Shown one piece after another: positions 49,165 through 59,072 of a stretch of 64,000 nucleotides of DNA. Both the position numbers and the translations under genes were made by a program. Within the stretch, counting starts at the first letter, position 1. Each line of letters begins with the position of its first letter. Origin of the DNA: Syntrophorhabdaceae bacterium (GTDB taxonomy: Bacteria; Desulfobacterota; Syntrophorhabdia; Syntrophorhabdales; Syntrophorhabdaceae); the NCBI GenBank assembly GCA_963665295.1, contig OY762209.1, positions 1,632,001 through 1,696,000 of the forward strand, read 5' to 3'. The notes beneath the pieces are model-generated. The model was not told the DNA's origin and ran no database searches. It saw only the letters and a program-made list of their open reading frames with translations.

Positions 49165-50172
49165 TCACAGATCCTTCCTGCGCTCCTTTGCCCCCTTCAT
49201 CCTCTCTATGGCTTTCTCCACGTATTCGCAGGGGAAGCCTTTGTCCCGCCGGAGGAAATCAAGGAGGCCGGCTTCGTCCATCGCGCCGTATTCAATGCGG
49301 TACCTGTCCGTGACAGGAGGGTGGAGGAAGAATTCGCGTACTTCCCTGTAATTTTCACTCACCCGGGGCTTTATGTGCGGGGGGAGCCGCTCGATATTTC
49401 CGTAACTCTTTATGAGGCTCACCGCGGATTTCGGGCCCATGCCCCTGATGCCGTGGTTAAAATCGTTGCCTATGAGAATGGCCGCGTCAATAAGCTGGGC
49501 AGGGGTGATGCGGTGAGTCGCGAGCATCGCGGAGAGGTCTATGACGAGGGCGGTAGGAGGACTTATTGGCCCATCATGGGACGAGACGTCCCTGGGTGAA
49601 CGGTAAACCAGCCTCACCATCCTCGGGCTGCCGAAAAGAAGAGTATCATAGTCTTTGCTCGCCACTGCCCAGGCATCTCCATTCTTTGCCATGAAGGCCG
49701 CCTGGGCCTCGCCTTCGCTCGGGGCCCGCACCCGGGGAATGCCGAGAAGATCCAGAAGACGTTCGGCGTCAGCCACCATGGACTGGGTGACACGGGCCGC
49801 CCTCAAGGCCTTGGAGAAGGCCACCTCCATGAGCCCCGCTTTCCTTGCCTCCTCATATTCCATGGCAAACCGTTCCTTGACGGCCCTGCGCCTTTCCAGT
49901 TCTTCCCTTTTGAGGGCAGGAGGTTCGCCGTCGAAAACGAAGACGAGCCTTATCCCGAAATCGGTGATAAGACGGGTGGACGCATCCACCAAGCCGCGCA
50001 GATGGGAAGTGACATTGCCTTCCGGGTCCGTCAAAAGGGATCCGTCGGGCTTGCGAAACATGGCCATCAGGTCATAGAGCATACCGTTGCCGTCAACGGC
50101 GAGGGTCTTTCCCTCCAGGTCGGCGAGGCGCACCGGCACCTTATTGACCAGTGGCGTGAGGAATAATCCCAT
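49165..50172 (-). CDS. fen: archaeal-type flap endonuclease 1 (FEN1/XPG family)
   Basis: MG start, LAVDG, PDGSLLTDPEGNVTSHL, FVFDGEPP, APSEGEAQAA, SKDYD.LLFG and GNDFN.GIRGMGPKSA motifs; AAGGAG RBS. Confidence 0.88.
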   Translation of the reverse strand: MGLFLTPLVNKVPVRLADLEGKTLAVDGNGMLYDLMAMFRKPDGSLLTDPEGNVTSHLRGLVDASTRLITDFGIRLVFVFDGEPPALKREELERRRAVKERFAMEYEEARKAGLMEVAFSKALRAARVTQSMVADAERLLDLLGIPRVRAPSEGEAQAAFMAKNGDAWAVASKDYDTLLFGSPRMVRLVYRSPRDVSSHDGPISPPTALVIDLSAMLATHRITPAQLIDAAILIGNDFNHGIRGMGPKSAVSLIKSYGNIERLPPHIKPRVSENYREVREFFLHPPVTDRYRIEYGAMDEAGLLDFLRRDKGFPCEYVEKAIERMKGAKERRKDL

Positions 50173-50316
50173 ATCCTTATCTCCTTCTCCTCCAAGCATA
50201 GTGACGGTGCGGCCTGTTGTCGAGAGAAGGTTCCCAGGCACGCCTGCCGCGTCTTTTTAAGGATAGGCGTAAGAACGAGTGCAGTCAAGGAAGTTTGCGG
50301 TTTTCCGGTCCGGCAC

Positions 50317-50357
50317 GAAAAAGGGCGGCCCTCGAACCCGGGAGGCCGCCCTTTTTC
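50317..50357 (-). terminator. intrinsic (bidirectional-type) terminator
   Basis: GAAAAAGGGCGGCC...GGCCGCCCTTTTTC. Confidence 0.8.
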
Positions 50358-50390
50358 TTCAATCCCGATCAGGGATTGATGGTTGGGTGA

Positions 50391-50849
50391 TTATTGGTAT
50401 ACGCCGCTAAGGACATAGAGGTCCGTCCCTTCAACCCGCTGAACCCAGGATTTCTTTGTCTGCACCTTGTTCGTCGCGGGGTTTGTCCAGTTGTAGCTCG
50501 CCCATCCGCTCCCTTTGGTCTTGGCCAGTTCGATCATCTCCCTTATGAAGAACTTGCCGTTTGCGTCTCTCACGTCATAGAAGCTCTTTCCCGCGAGTTT
50601 CGGCTGCATCGGGTTCGCGAGGTTTATCCCGTTGAAGTCCTGTATGACGACATAAAGATCGCCTTTTACAAACTGACCCTTGGGGTTGCCTATTTCCGCA
50701 ATTCCCTTTTCTTTCCCATGGGACTTCACGTATGCCGCGGCCTTTTCCGAAAGGACCTTGGCGTCATCGAGGGGCGCCGCCTGACCGATAAGAACCGTGC
50801 CGAAAACCAGCATTGCCGCGAATACAATACTCCTTACTACTGCTTTCAT
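50391..50849 (-). CDS. stand-alone exported single Cache domain protein
   Basis: Signal peptide; DLYV, DANGKFFIREM and GSGWASYNWTNP motifs. Confidence 0.85.
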   Translation of the reverse strand: MKAVVRSIVFAAMLVFGTVLIGQAAPLDDAKVLSEKAAAYVKSHGKEKGIAEIGNPKGQFVKGDLYVVIQDFNGINLANPMQPKLAGKSFYDVRDANGKFFIREMIELAKTKGSGWASYNWTNPATNKVQTKKSWVQRVEGTDLYVLSGVYQ

Positions 50850-50902
50850 GAGAACCCTCCTTCTGTGGTAACGAATGTGTAACCTTTAACAGGTCCGGAA
50901 TT

Positions 50903-50930
50903 TTATCGGCGAAAACCATCCGTACTTAAG
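50903..50930 (-). promoter_or_regulatory. sigma-28 (FliA)-like promoter
   Basis: CTTAAG-N14-GCCGATAA on the minus strand, about 55 nt upstream of the Cache gene. Confidence 0.7.
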
Positions 50931-51108
50931 TCGCATCGCGATGGGATCGAGGTGAAGATACGGCTTGCATATTATGTTCCGTCGGATTAGAATCACTCAC
51001 ATATCGTTTTGAAAGGCGTCATTTTGCCGGGAGGATGGGCCGAGTGACGGACTCAGGGGAGGCAGCACGCGATAGATTGCCCGGTTCAAGCGGGAATGGA
51101 GGCGCCAC

Positions 51109-53799
51109 ATGACACACCGGTTTGTCCGCATTCTAATTCTGGTTCTTCTCATCATTCTGCTTTATACCGCATCCAAGACGGTCGGGGTCTACGTTGACTG
51201 GCTTTTCTTCAATGAGGTAGGTCTGAAGGAAGTCTTCGCCAGGGCGATTTCCGCCGAAATCGTTACGGGCCTCGGTTTCGGTCTTCTCTTTTTCGTCTTT
51301 GTCGGTGTGAATGTGCTCATTGCGTGCACGGGCAAGGTACCGCAGATCGACATCGTGCTCATGCAGCGCATGAGAATCGCCATTGACCCGAGCCGGTTCA
51401 TGCGGGTGCTCAGGCCCGTGGGCCTCGGGATAGCCCTCATCGGCGGAGTAATGGCCGCTCTGTGGAGCAGCGACCTCTGGGCCCAGGTCCTTTTGTTTCT
51501 CAACCACGTAGAGTCCGGCACGGTTGATCCCATATTCGGTCATGACATGGGATTCTACCTTTTCAGGCTTCCTTTCTGGGAATTCCTGAGCGGCTATGCG
51601 GGCTTCCTCCTTTTCTTCACCCTCCTCGTGGTGACGGCCCTCTACACGGCAAGGGGCGGGGTCATCCTTTTCGGCAGGACCATCTCTTTCGTAAGGCAGG
51701 CCAGGGTGCACCTCGCCTTGCTGGCGCTGCTCTTCTTCGTGAAGATGGCGTCCGGGTTCTATCTTGAAAGGTTCGAATCCCTTTACTCGACCCACAGCGT
51801 AATTACCGGGGCCGGCTATGCCGACGTGTACGGGAAGCTGGTGGTGTTGGGGGTTCTCATACCCCTCACAATCCTGGCGGGTATTCTCTTCGCCTATGGC
51901 CTTCTGAAGGATAAATGGAAGGCCGCCGTTTATCCGTGCGGCGCTCTCATCGTCCTCTATATCCTCGGGGCAGGCATCTACCCCGCCTTTCTCCAGAATT
52001 TCAAAGTCGCGCCCAGCGAACTGGCCCTCGAGGAGCCTTTCATCAAGCACCACATCGAGCTTACCCAGTATGGCTACAATCTGAAGAAGGTGCAGGTGGT
52101 GCCCTTCGATGTCTCCTTCAACCTTACGGCAAAGGATTTGAGAAATAACGACGCCACCCTCAAGAATATCAGATTGTGGGATGAAACGCCCCTCCTCAAG
52201 ACTTACAGCCAGCTCCAGCAGATCCGGACGTACTACCGGTTTCACGGCATCGATAACGACCGCTACACCATCGACGGGGAATACAGGCAGGTCCTGCTCT
52301 CGGCGAGGGAACTCTCTTACGACGATCTTCCGAGCAAGTCGTGGATCAATGAGAAGCTCGTATTCACCCACGGCAACGGCATTGTCATGGGATATGCGAG
52401 CAGGATTTCAAAGGAAGGCCTGCCCGAGTTCATCGTCAAGGACATCCCGCCCGTTTCCACCACGAACGTAAAGATCAAGACGCCGGAGATCTATTATGGG
52501 GAATTGACCAATGACTATGTAGTGGTAAATACGAGGGTTCCCGAATTCAGCTACCCCACTGCCGAGGGAAATATCTACACCTCTTACAGCGGAAAGGGGG
52601 GAGTGCGCCTCGATTCCCTCTTCAAGAAGGGGCTCTTCGCTGCCTATTTCCGGACGGCCAAGATACCTCTCACAAATGAAATCAGGAACGAAAGCAGGAT
52701 ACTCTACAACAGGAATGTGGTGGAAAGGGTCAAGAGGATCGCTCCCTTCCTGCTCTATGACTCCGATCCCTACATTGTCGCCTCAGATGACGGCAAACTC
52801 TACTGGGTTATCGACGCCTATACCGTATCCAACCGCCTTCCTTATTCCAAACCCCTGAAGAACAGGGTAAATTACATGAGGAATGCCGTGAAGGTAACGG
52901 TGGACGCATACGACGGAAAGGTCAATTTCTACCTCAGCGATCCCGAGGACACCATTGCGCGGGTATACAACACAATCTTCCCGACCCTGTTCAAGCCCCT
53001 CAAGGAAATGCCTGAAGGACTCAGGGCGCATGTGCGGTATCCGCGGGACCTGTTCAAGGTCCAAACATCCCTTTACGCAGTCTACCATATGAACGACCCG
53101 AAGGTGTTTTACAACAAGGAAGACCTCTGGGAAATACCGGTTCGTGGGGACAAGGCCATGGAGCCCTACTACCTGATCATGAAGCTGCCCGAACAGAAGC
53201 GGGAGGAGTACGTGCTCCTCATGCCCTATACACCGGCCAAAAGAGACAACCTCGCGGCCTGGTTCGCCGTGAGGTGCGATGAGCCCAACTACGGAGGACT
53301 TATCGTATATACGTTTCCGAGGGACAGGCTCGTGTTCGGTCCCCGTCAGGTCGACGCGAGGATCGACCAGGATTCCTATATCTCCCAGCAACTCACGCTC
53401 TGGGGTCAGCGAGGTTCCCAGGTAATCAGGGGAAGCCTCCAGATCATCCCTATCGAGAAGTCCCTTCTCTACGTCCAACCCCTGTACCTCGCGGCGGAGG
53501 ACAAGGGAGGATTGCCGGAACTCCGAAGGGTGGTCGCGGCTTACGAGAACAACGTGGTCATGGAGGAGAACCTTGAACAATGCCTTGCCTCCCTCTTCGG
53601 CGGCCGCAGGGCGGTGACAGAGAAGCCCGATGGGCGCGCGCCCGCGACTATTGTGAAGGCTTCTGTCCAGGATCTCGCAAAAGAGGCCGGCCGGATCTTT
53701 GAGAAGGCCAAGGCCATGCAGAGACAGGGAGATTGGGCGGGTTACGGGGAACAACTCAAGAAACTGGAGCAAACGTTGAAGCAGATGTCAGGGCAGTAA
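51109..53799 (+). CDS. UPF0182 family membrane protein
   Basis: DPIFGHDMGFYLF.LP, NIRLWD, YYGE, NYMRN.VK.TVDAYDG and LYVQPLY motifs. Confidence 0.92.
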   Translation: MTHRFVRILILVLLIILLYTASKTVGVYVDWLFFNEVGLKEVFARAISAEIVTGLGFGLLFFVFVGVNVLIACTGKVPQIDIVLMQRMRIAIDPSRFMRVLRPVGLGIALIGGVMAALWSSDLWAQVLLFLNHVESGTVDPIFGHDMGFYLFRLPFWEFLSGYAGFLLFFTLLVVTALYTARGGVILFGRTISFVRQARVHLALLALLFFVKMASGFYLERFESLYSTHSVITGAGYADVYGKLVVLGVLIPLTILAGILFAYGLLKDKWKAAVYPCGALIVLYILGAGIYPAFLQNFKVAPSELALEEPFIKHHIELTQYGYNLKKVQVVPFDVSFNLTAKDLRNNDATLKNIRLWDETPLLKTYSQLQQIRTYYRFHGIDNDRYTIDGEYRQVLLSARELSYDDLPSKSWINEKLVFTHGNGIVMGYASRISKEGLPEFIVKDIPPVSTTNVKIKTPEIYYGELTNDYVVVNTRVPEFSYPTAEGNIYTSYSGKGGVRLDSLFKKGLFAAYFRTAKIPLTNEIRNESRILYNRNVVERVKRIAPFLLYDSDPYIVASDDGKLYWVIDAYTVSNRLPYSKPLKNRVNYMRNAVKVTVDAYDGKVNFYLSDPEDTIARVYNTIFPTLFKPLKEMPEGLRAHVRYPRDLFKVQTSLYAVYHMNDPKVFYNKEDLWEIPVRGDKAMEPYYLIMKLPEQKREEYVLLMPYTPAKRDNLAAWFAVRCDEPNYGGLIVYTFPRDRLVFGPRQVDARIDQDSYISQQLTLWGQRGSQVIRGSLQIIPIEKSLLYVQPLYLAAEDKGGLPELRRVVAAYENNVVMEENLEQCLASLFGGRRAVTEKPDGRAPATIVKASVQDLAKEAGRIFEKAKAMQRQGDWAGYGEQLKKLEQTLKQMSGQ

Positions 53800-53810
53800 G
53801 GGGAGGGCTT

Positions 53811-54833
53811 TTACTCCCACGTACAGATGGTGTTCCTTCCGAGGTCTTTGGCCTTGTAAAGCATCTGGTCTGCCCTTTCCACGATCTCGTGGGCGTTTAT
53901 GATATGCCCCGCGTCCATGGTGGCAAGACCTGCACTTACGGTAACTTTCCGCCGGTCTCCGGCCATGAAAAAGACACGGGACTCGCAATGCCGTTTTATC
54001 CTTTCCGCCAGTGTCAGGGAATCCTTGGGACCGGCCCCGATGATGAGGACCGTAAACTCGTCGCCCCCATAACGGCACGGGATGTCCACGCCTTTACGGA
54101 TGACACTCCCCAGGATGTCTGCAACTCCCTTAAGCACCGTGTCCCCGTGGGGATGACCATAGACGTCGTTGATTTCCTTGAAGTTGTCGATATCCGCGAG
54201 AAGAACGGACAGGGCGCCGCCTGACCTCCTGAGCCTCGCGATCTCCTCGCTCAGGCGTATCTCGAAGAAGGACCTCACGAAGAGCCCGGTGAGACCGTCT
54301 ATCGTGGCGAGTTTGTAAAGCTGCGAGTTTCTTAAAGATACGGCGATGACCGTGGCAAAGGATATGAACAACTGTATTTCGAATACGGACCAGTCCCGTT
54401 CCGGGTTGCTCTCTATGGTTACGGCCCCCATGATTTCATTCGAGGGGCCCGCCAAGGGCAGCAAGAGACACGTCAGGTCCGGAGCAGGGGAATTGTAGAC
54501 GGGAAACGGGATTGCCGAGGCTGTAGTCACGGCGGCAGGGAAAACGCCGTATTGCTTTTCATTGATCACCTTCTCGAAGGGGGTGTTCAAATAGGACGTC
54601 TTTATCTTTACGGGACAGTAAAGCCTGTCCGCGAAAGCACCCTCCATGCGGAGCATCCCCTTTTCCTCAGCAAGGGTATATAAGGCGACCTTCCGGTGGT
54701 CGGCGAAGACCGACAGGGCCTCAAGAGACCGTTCAAAGATAAGGTCCTCCTCGGACTCGATGACGGTAAGTCTCGTGGCATAATTGAAAAGCATCAGGAT
54801 ATCGCGCGCGGACAAGGGCTTTTCCTCAGACAT
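53811..54833 (-). CDS. GAF-GGDEF diguanylate cyclase
   Basis: DGLTGL, DIDNFKEIND.YGH and RYGGDEF motifs. Confidence 0.9.
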   Translation of the reverse strand: MSEEKPLSARDILMLFNYATRLTVIESEEDLIFERSLEALSVFADHRKVALYTLAEEKGMLRMEGAFADRLYCPVKIKTSYLNTPFEKVINEKQYGVFPAAVTTASAIPFPVYNSPAPDLTCLLLPLAGPSNEIMGAVTIESNPERDWSVFEIQLFISFATVIAVSLRNSQLYKLATIDGLTGLFVRSFFEIRLSEEIARLRRSGGALSVLLADIDNFKEINDVYGHPHGDTVLKGVADILGSVIRKGVDIPCRYGGDEFTVLIIGAGPKDSLTLAERIKRHCESRVFFMAGDRRKVTVSAGLATMDAGHIINAHEIVERADQMLYKAKDLGRNTICTWE

Positions 54834-54979
54834 GATAGGGCATCTTTCCAGGTTCCGGCCCCGGCTGCGGCCTCCTCCGGTGTAACATGCAGTAGTTTAA
54901 TATAAATCATAATCAATACTCAATGCTATTTTTCCCGCGCCCGACGCTTGTTGCAGGTGCGCCGAACCCCCGTTTGAAT

Positions 54980-55591
54980 TCAGCCGGTAGGCCCCTTTTT
55001 CTTCCTGAGGCAGTGAATGACGACGATGCACAGGGTCGCGAAGAGGGCCGCAAAGAGGGCATATTTTGCTCCCACGAAAACATGGCGCAGACCCCCGATG
55101 TTGTGCCCGAACCCGTAGGAAAGACCACCCCAGAACCCTACCCATATACCCGCGCCGATGATATTGAAGCACTGGAACCGCAGGTGAGGCATGCGGGTGA
55201 GGCCTGCCACGATGCCGTTCAACTGGCGAAAGACATCAAAGAATCGCGCGGTTACCACAATCACGGGGCCATACCGCAGGAAGAACTTTTCCGTCCTCTT
55301 CAGACTTTCCTCCGTGACGAACACATATTTGCCGTAACGGAGGACGAGGGGTCGTCCTCCGTAATAGCCGAGGCCGTAGCCGATGGTGTTTCCGATCAGG
55401 GCCGCGCTGAAGGCGACGATCAGGATGGCGGCGAAGGACATATCGCCGCGGGACGCGACGACTGACGCGGCGATGAGGGCGCTCTCGCCGGGGGCGGGTA
55501 TGCCGAACCCTTCGGGCAGGATGGCCGCGGCAACGGCCCAATACCCGTAATGATCTATCAGGGGCATGAAGGTGGTGACAAACCTGTTCAC
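54980..55591 (-). CDS. DedA family membrane protein
   Basis: EGFGIPAPGE, GNTIGY.LG and ARFF...R motifs. Confidence 0.9.
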   Translation of the reverse strand: MNRFVTTFMPLIDHYGYWAVAAAILPEGFGIPAPGESALIAASVVASRGDMSFAAILIVAFSAALIGNTIGYGLGYYGGRPLVLRYGKYVFVTEESLKRTEKFFLRYGPVIVVTARFFDVFRQLNGIVAGLTRMPHLRFQCFNIIGAGIWVGFWGGLSYGFGHNIGGLRHVFVGAKYALFAALFATLCIVVIHCLRKKKGPTG

Positions 55592-55753
55592 GGGACTCTC
55601 CGTTTCACTCTATATCGGCATTCGACAGAACATCCCGCAGGGGCGGGACGTGAGAGCCGCCTTTCCGCAAGGGGGGCTCTTGGAAGCACGGACAGCCGTC
55701 AGGGAGGGACGGGGAGGACAACCGTCACACCCTTTGTCGGGGGAATGGAGGGT

Positions 55754-55924
55754 CTATCTCGTGGGGCCGCACCCGGGCCGGGGCGTGCCGCCCGTCCATG
55801 TCGCCCGTTCGAGCTTCTCTATGTCGTCGCTCTCGCACTCAGGGCAATCAGGAGGTTCTTCCTCTCCGGGGATCGCCGAAAACTCAAATCCACACTTTCT
55901 GCATATATACTTTTCCTCGTCCAT
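55754..55924 (-). CDS. small zinc-ribbon protein (FmdB-like), 56 aa
   Basis: YICRKCGFEF...CPECES; GAGGTG RBS; absent from the ORF track. Confidence 0.75.
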   Translation of the reverse strand: MDEEKYICRKCGFEFSAIPGEEEPPDCPECESDDIEKLERATWTGGTPRPGCGPTR

Positions 55925-56221
55925 GGTGTCACCTCTCTTCGGCAGTATTTATCTGTTTTGTAAGTACTGCCGCCGCCGTTGTCAACCACGGGAGGCGAGA
56001 CGATGGGGAGTGACCCTATCGATAATGCACAGATGTTAGCGCACTATCGCAAGGAATTCAAGAATTTCGGCAGGGGAGGGACCATTGCGTCAACTGTGCC
56101 TCCCCATGGGGAAGCCCTTTTTTTGGGGCTCCAGGGAGATGTCACGGGAGTTCATCATTTTTTGATTGAATTTCACCGGCCTTTGTGAGTAAAAGAGTCA
56201 ATAAGGACAAAAGCGAATTCA

Positions 56222-57820
56222 ATGAAAACAGAGGAAGAGTTCCTCAAAGAACCGGCCGGCATGACACGGCTTGCCGAAGAGACCCGGGAGAACCTGTCGG
56301 GTTGTGAAGCGGCCCCGCACGCCGCCGGGAAGAGGGAGGCGCAGTACGGGGAGATCGTCGAGCTCGCAAACAGCATAATCCTTCGTTTTGATCCCTCGGG
56401 AAACATCATCTTTCTCAACCGGTTCGGCCTCGATTTCTTCGGATATACCCGTGAGGAGATCGTTGGAAAGAAAATTATAGGCACTATCACACCGCCGGTG
56501 GAATCTTCCGGCCGCGATCTCGCCGATCTGATGAAATCGATTTCCGAGGACCCCCTGAAGTATCGGGTCAACGAGAACGAAAACATGCGGAAGGACGGAA
56601 GCCGGCCGTGGGTGCTCTGGACGAACAAGGCCATTGTCGATGAATCAGGCCGGATCACCGAGGTGCTGTGCATAGGCAACGACATAACGGACAAGAAAGA
56701 AGCGGAAAAGCTGCTCAAGTCCGTACGGGATGAACTCGAAACGAAGGTCAGGGAGCGGACGAGTGACCTTGAAGAGGCCTTGGAGAACCTCCGCTATGAG
56801 GTGGTGGAGCGGAAGATAGGTGAGTTGGAGCTAAGGGAGAGCGAAACAAAATACCGTAGCATTGTGGAACAGGCGGTTGAGGGCATATTCCAGACCACGG
56901 GGGAAGGGGAGTGCATAATGGCGAACGCCGCCCTTGCCGAGATGCTCGGATATGCCACGCCTGAAGAATTCATTTCCACGGTGACCGACGTGGAGAACGG
57001 GCTTTATGTGAACCGTGAGGACTACGGTGATTTCGTGCGCCTTCTCGATGCAAAGGGATACGTGAAGGAATTCGATACCCGGTACCGGAGGAAGGACGGG
57101 AGTACGGTCTGGGTTTCCATGAATGTCCGCGCTGTTCACGACGAGAGGGGCAGTTTCGTCTACTACGAGGGGACGATCGAAGACATTTCCGCGAGGAAGG
57201 CGAGCGAGGAACAGCTTAAGGAAAGTTTCGCAAGACTCCAGCGCATGATGGACGGGACCATCGAGGCTCTTTCCATGGCCATAGAGGTGAGAGACCCATA
57301 TACAGCGGGCCACCAGGTGAGAGTGGCCCGGCTCGCCGAAGCAATAGCGCGGCAGATGAATTTTACCGAGGACCATATCAAGGCAATCAGGATTGCGGGG
57401 ACCCTTCACGATATAGGAAAGATTTACGTGCCTGCCGAGATCCTCGCGAGACCTGGAAAGATAACCAACCATGAATACGCCGTGTTGAGAGACCACGCGG
57501 AGGCGGGGTACGACATCTTAAAAGGCATAGAATTCGACCACCCCATCGCGGAAATAGTGTTGCAGCACCATGAGCGGATGAACGGTACCGGCTATCCCCG
57601 CGGTCTCAAGGGCGACATGATCAACATGGAGGCGAGGATCCTGGCGGTGGCGGATGTGGTGGAATCCATGGCCTCCCACAGGCCTTACAGGCCTTCCCTG
57701 GGCCAGGAAAAAGCCCTCGAAGAAATACGGGCAAACAGGGGCGTGCTTTACGACGAAAACGTAGTCGATGCGTGTCTCAAACTGTTCGATGAACCGGGTT
57801 TTTCCTTCGATGACAGGTGA
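56222..57820 (+). CDS. PAS-PAS HD-GYP phosphodiesterase
   Basis: RDPYTAGHQ, LHDIGK and HHERMNGTGYP motifs; start uncertain. Confidence 0.92.
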   Translation: MKTEEEFLKEPAGMTRLAEETRENLSGCEAAPHAAGKREAQYGEIVELANSIILRFDPSGNIIFLNRFGLDFFGYTREEIVGKKIIGTITPPVESSGRDLADLMKSISEDPLKYRVNENENMRKDGSRPWVLWTNKAIVDESGRITEVLCIGNDITDKKEAEKLLKSVRDELETKVRERTSDLEEALENLRYEVVERKIGELELRESETKYRSIVEQAVEGIFQTTGEGECIMANAALAEMLGYATPEEFISTVTDVENGLYVNREDYGDFVRLLDAKGYVKEFDTRYRRKDGSTVWVSMNVRAVHDERGSFVYYEGTIEDISARKASEEQLKESFARLQRMMDGTIEALSMAIEVRDPYTAGHQVRVARLAEAIARQMNFTEDHIKAIRIAGTLHDIGKIYVPAEILARPGKITNHEYAVLRDHAEAGYDILKGIEFDHPIAEIVLQHHERMNGTGYPRGLKGDMINMEARILAVADVVESMASHRPYRPSLGQEKALEEIRANRGVLYDENVVDACLKLFDEPGFSFDDR

Positions 57821-57850
57821 CCCGGCGATCCTGTTCCAGGGCCGACGTCC

Positions 57851-58585
57851 TTATCTTTCCAGCTCCCTTGCAAACCAGATCACTTTCCCATTTACCTTTA
57901 CCCTGTCCGTAGGGACCTGGAAGGCCTCGTATTTTGCGTTGTCGCTGATGATCTTCACCGCGTCGGCCATTACCTGGACCCGCTTTATCATGATGATATC
58001 ATCGAGGGCCAGCGCGTAAATACCACCCTGCGGATCGATATAGTCCCGGTTGCGGTCGATGAGGACCAGGTCTCCGGCAACGAGAGAGGGCTCCATACTG
58101 TCGCCGTCCACCTTTACGAGGGCCATCTTGTCGGGGTCCCCCTTCCTCCTGATCCAATCCTTCCTGAAAGCGACCCGGACATCCACCGCGTTGTCGGGAA
58201 TCCTGCCTCTGCCCGCGCTGATCCTGCCTATCACCTGGGAGATATAGACAAATTCCTTGTCGAGGGTATATCCGGGCCGTCTTTCCCCTACTCTGTGGGT
58301 TCTTCCATCATATGGCACGCTATCGCCGGTCTCTTTGCCGGGCTCACCGCCTCGAGCGAAAACCGGTCCCCTGCCCGATATGAGGTAGTCCAGGGTAATG
58401 CCGTCACGTTCACAAATTGCAAACACTATCTCGTAGGGGATTGTCCCCCGTGTGCGCCAGTTTGAAATGATGGCGGGTCTCACCTCGAGGTACCGCGCTA
58501 AACCGGCGTCATTCTTCAACTCTTTGAGGGCGATAATACGGTCCAGTATCTGATTCGACGTCGGCATGATAAAAGGTTTCAGCAT
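57851..58585 (-). CDS. phage CI-like repressor (HTH plus S24 peptidase)
   Basis: LARYLEV...ISNWRTRG HTH; SAG cleavage site, GDSMEP Ser and IKRV Lys; alternative start at 58567. Confidence 0.9.
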   Translation of the reverse strand: MLKPFIMPTSNQILDRIIALKELKNDAGLARYLEVRPAIISNWRTRGTIPYEIVFAICERDGITLDYLISGRGPVFARGGEPGKETGDSVPYDGRTHRVGERRPGYTLDKEFVYISQVIGRISAGRGRIPDNAVDVRVAFRKDWIRRKGDPDKMALVKVDGDSMEPSLVAGDLVLIDRNRDYIDPQGGIYALALDDIIMIKRVQVMADAVKIISDNAKYEAFQVPTDRVKVNGKVIWFARELER

Positions 58586-58600
58586 GGCGCACTTTTCCTA

Positions 58601-58617
58601 TTGACAACTATTGTCAA
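58601..58617. promoter_or_regulatory. palindromic operator between repressor and gam
   Basis: TTGACAACTATTGTCAA (TTGACA-N5-TGTCAA) 15 bp upstream of the repressor start. Confidence 0.55.
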
Positions 58618-59072
58618 AATGATGATATACTATGTCCGTGAACACGATGCCGCAAGAGAACGAAGGAATGGCTGTCACGGTAACCGGTTCCGGCATATCC
58701 CGACTCGTGATTCCTTCGAAGGCTTTGCCAGGCGGAGGAGAGACGGCATGGGTCATAAGACCTTTCCTTTCCATAAATAGATCTGTAGTAAGTTTAGAAG
58801 GTCTTGTGAAAAATTGCAATGTGAAAATATGTTATTCTTGTGTGACGCTGACGATTAGTGACAACCCCGTCTTGATGCCCACCTTATTCCCCGTTTCGTT
58901 CCCCGTTTCACCTCCCCCTGCACGGCCTGCCGCACTACGCGCGAGGCCCGGGACACTTGCCCGGCCCGCCTTCTGCGGCAGGAGCCGTCCATCATGGGAG
59001 GCGGGTTCGGCAAAAAGCTTTGTGCCGCAGAAGGGAACAGGCGGAGCGCCGACGGGTCAATAGGAGGAGACC

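Noticed and set aside
55600..55756. TAG readthrough (pyrrolysine) of the zinc-ribbon ORF, or a group II intron remnant
   Set aside because: The downstream peptide is not domain-like and there is no intron domain V consensus
58632..59063. 143-aa ORF as a possible cro/ner gene
   Set aside because: No HTH, low-complexity Pro/Ala-rich translation and no RBS
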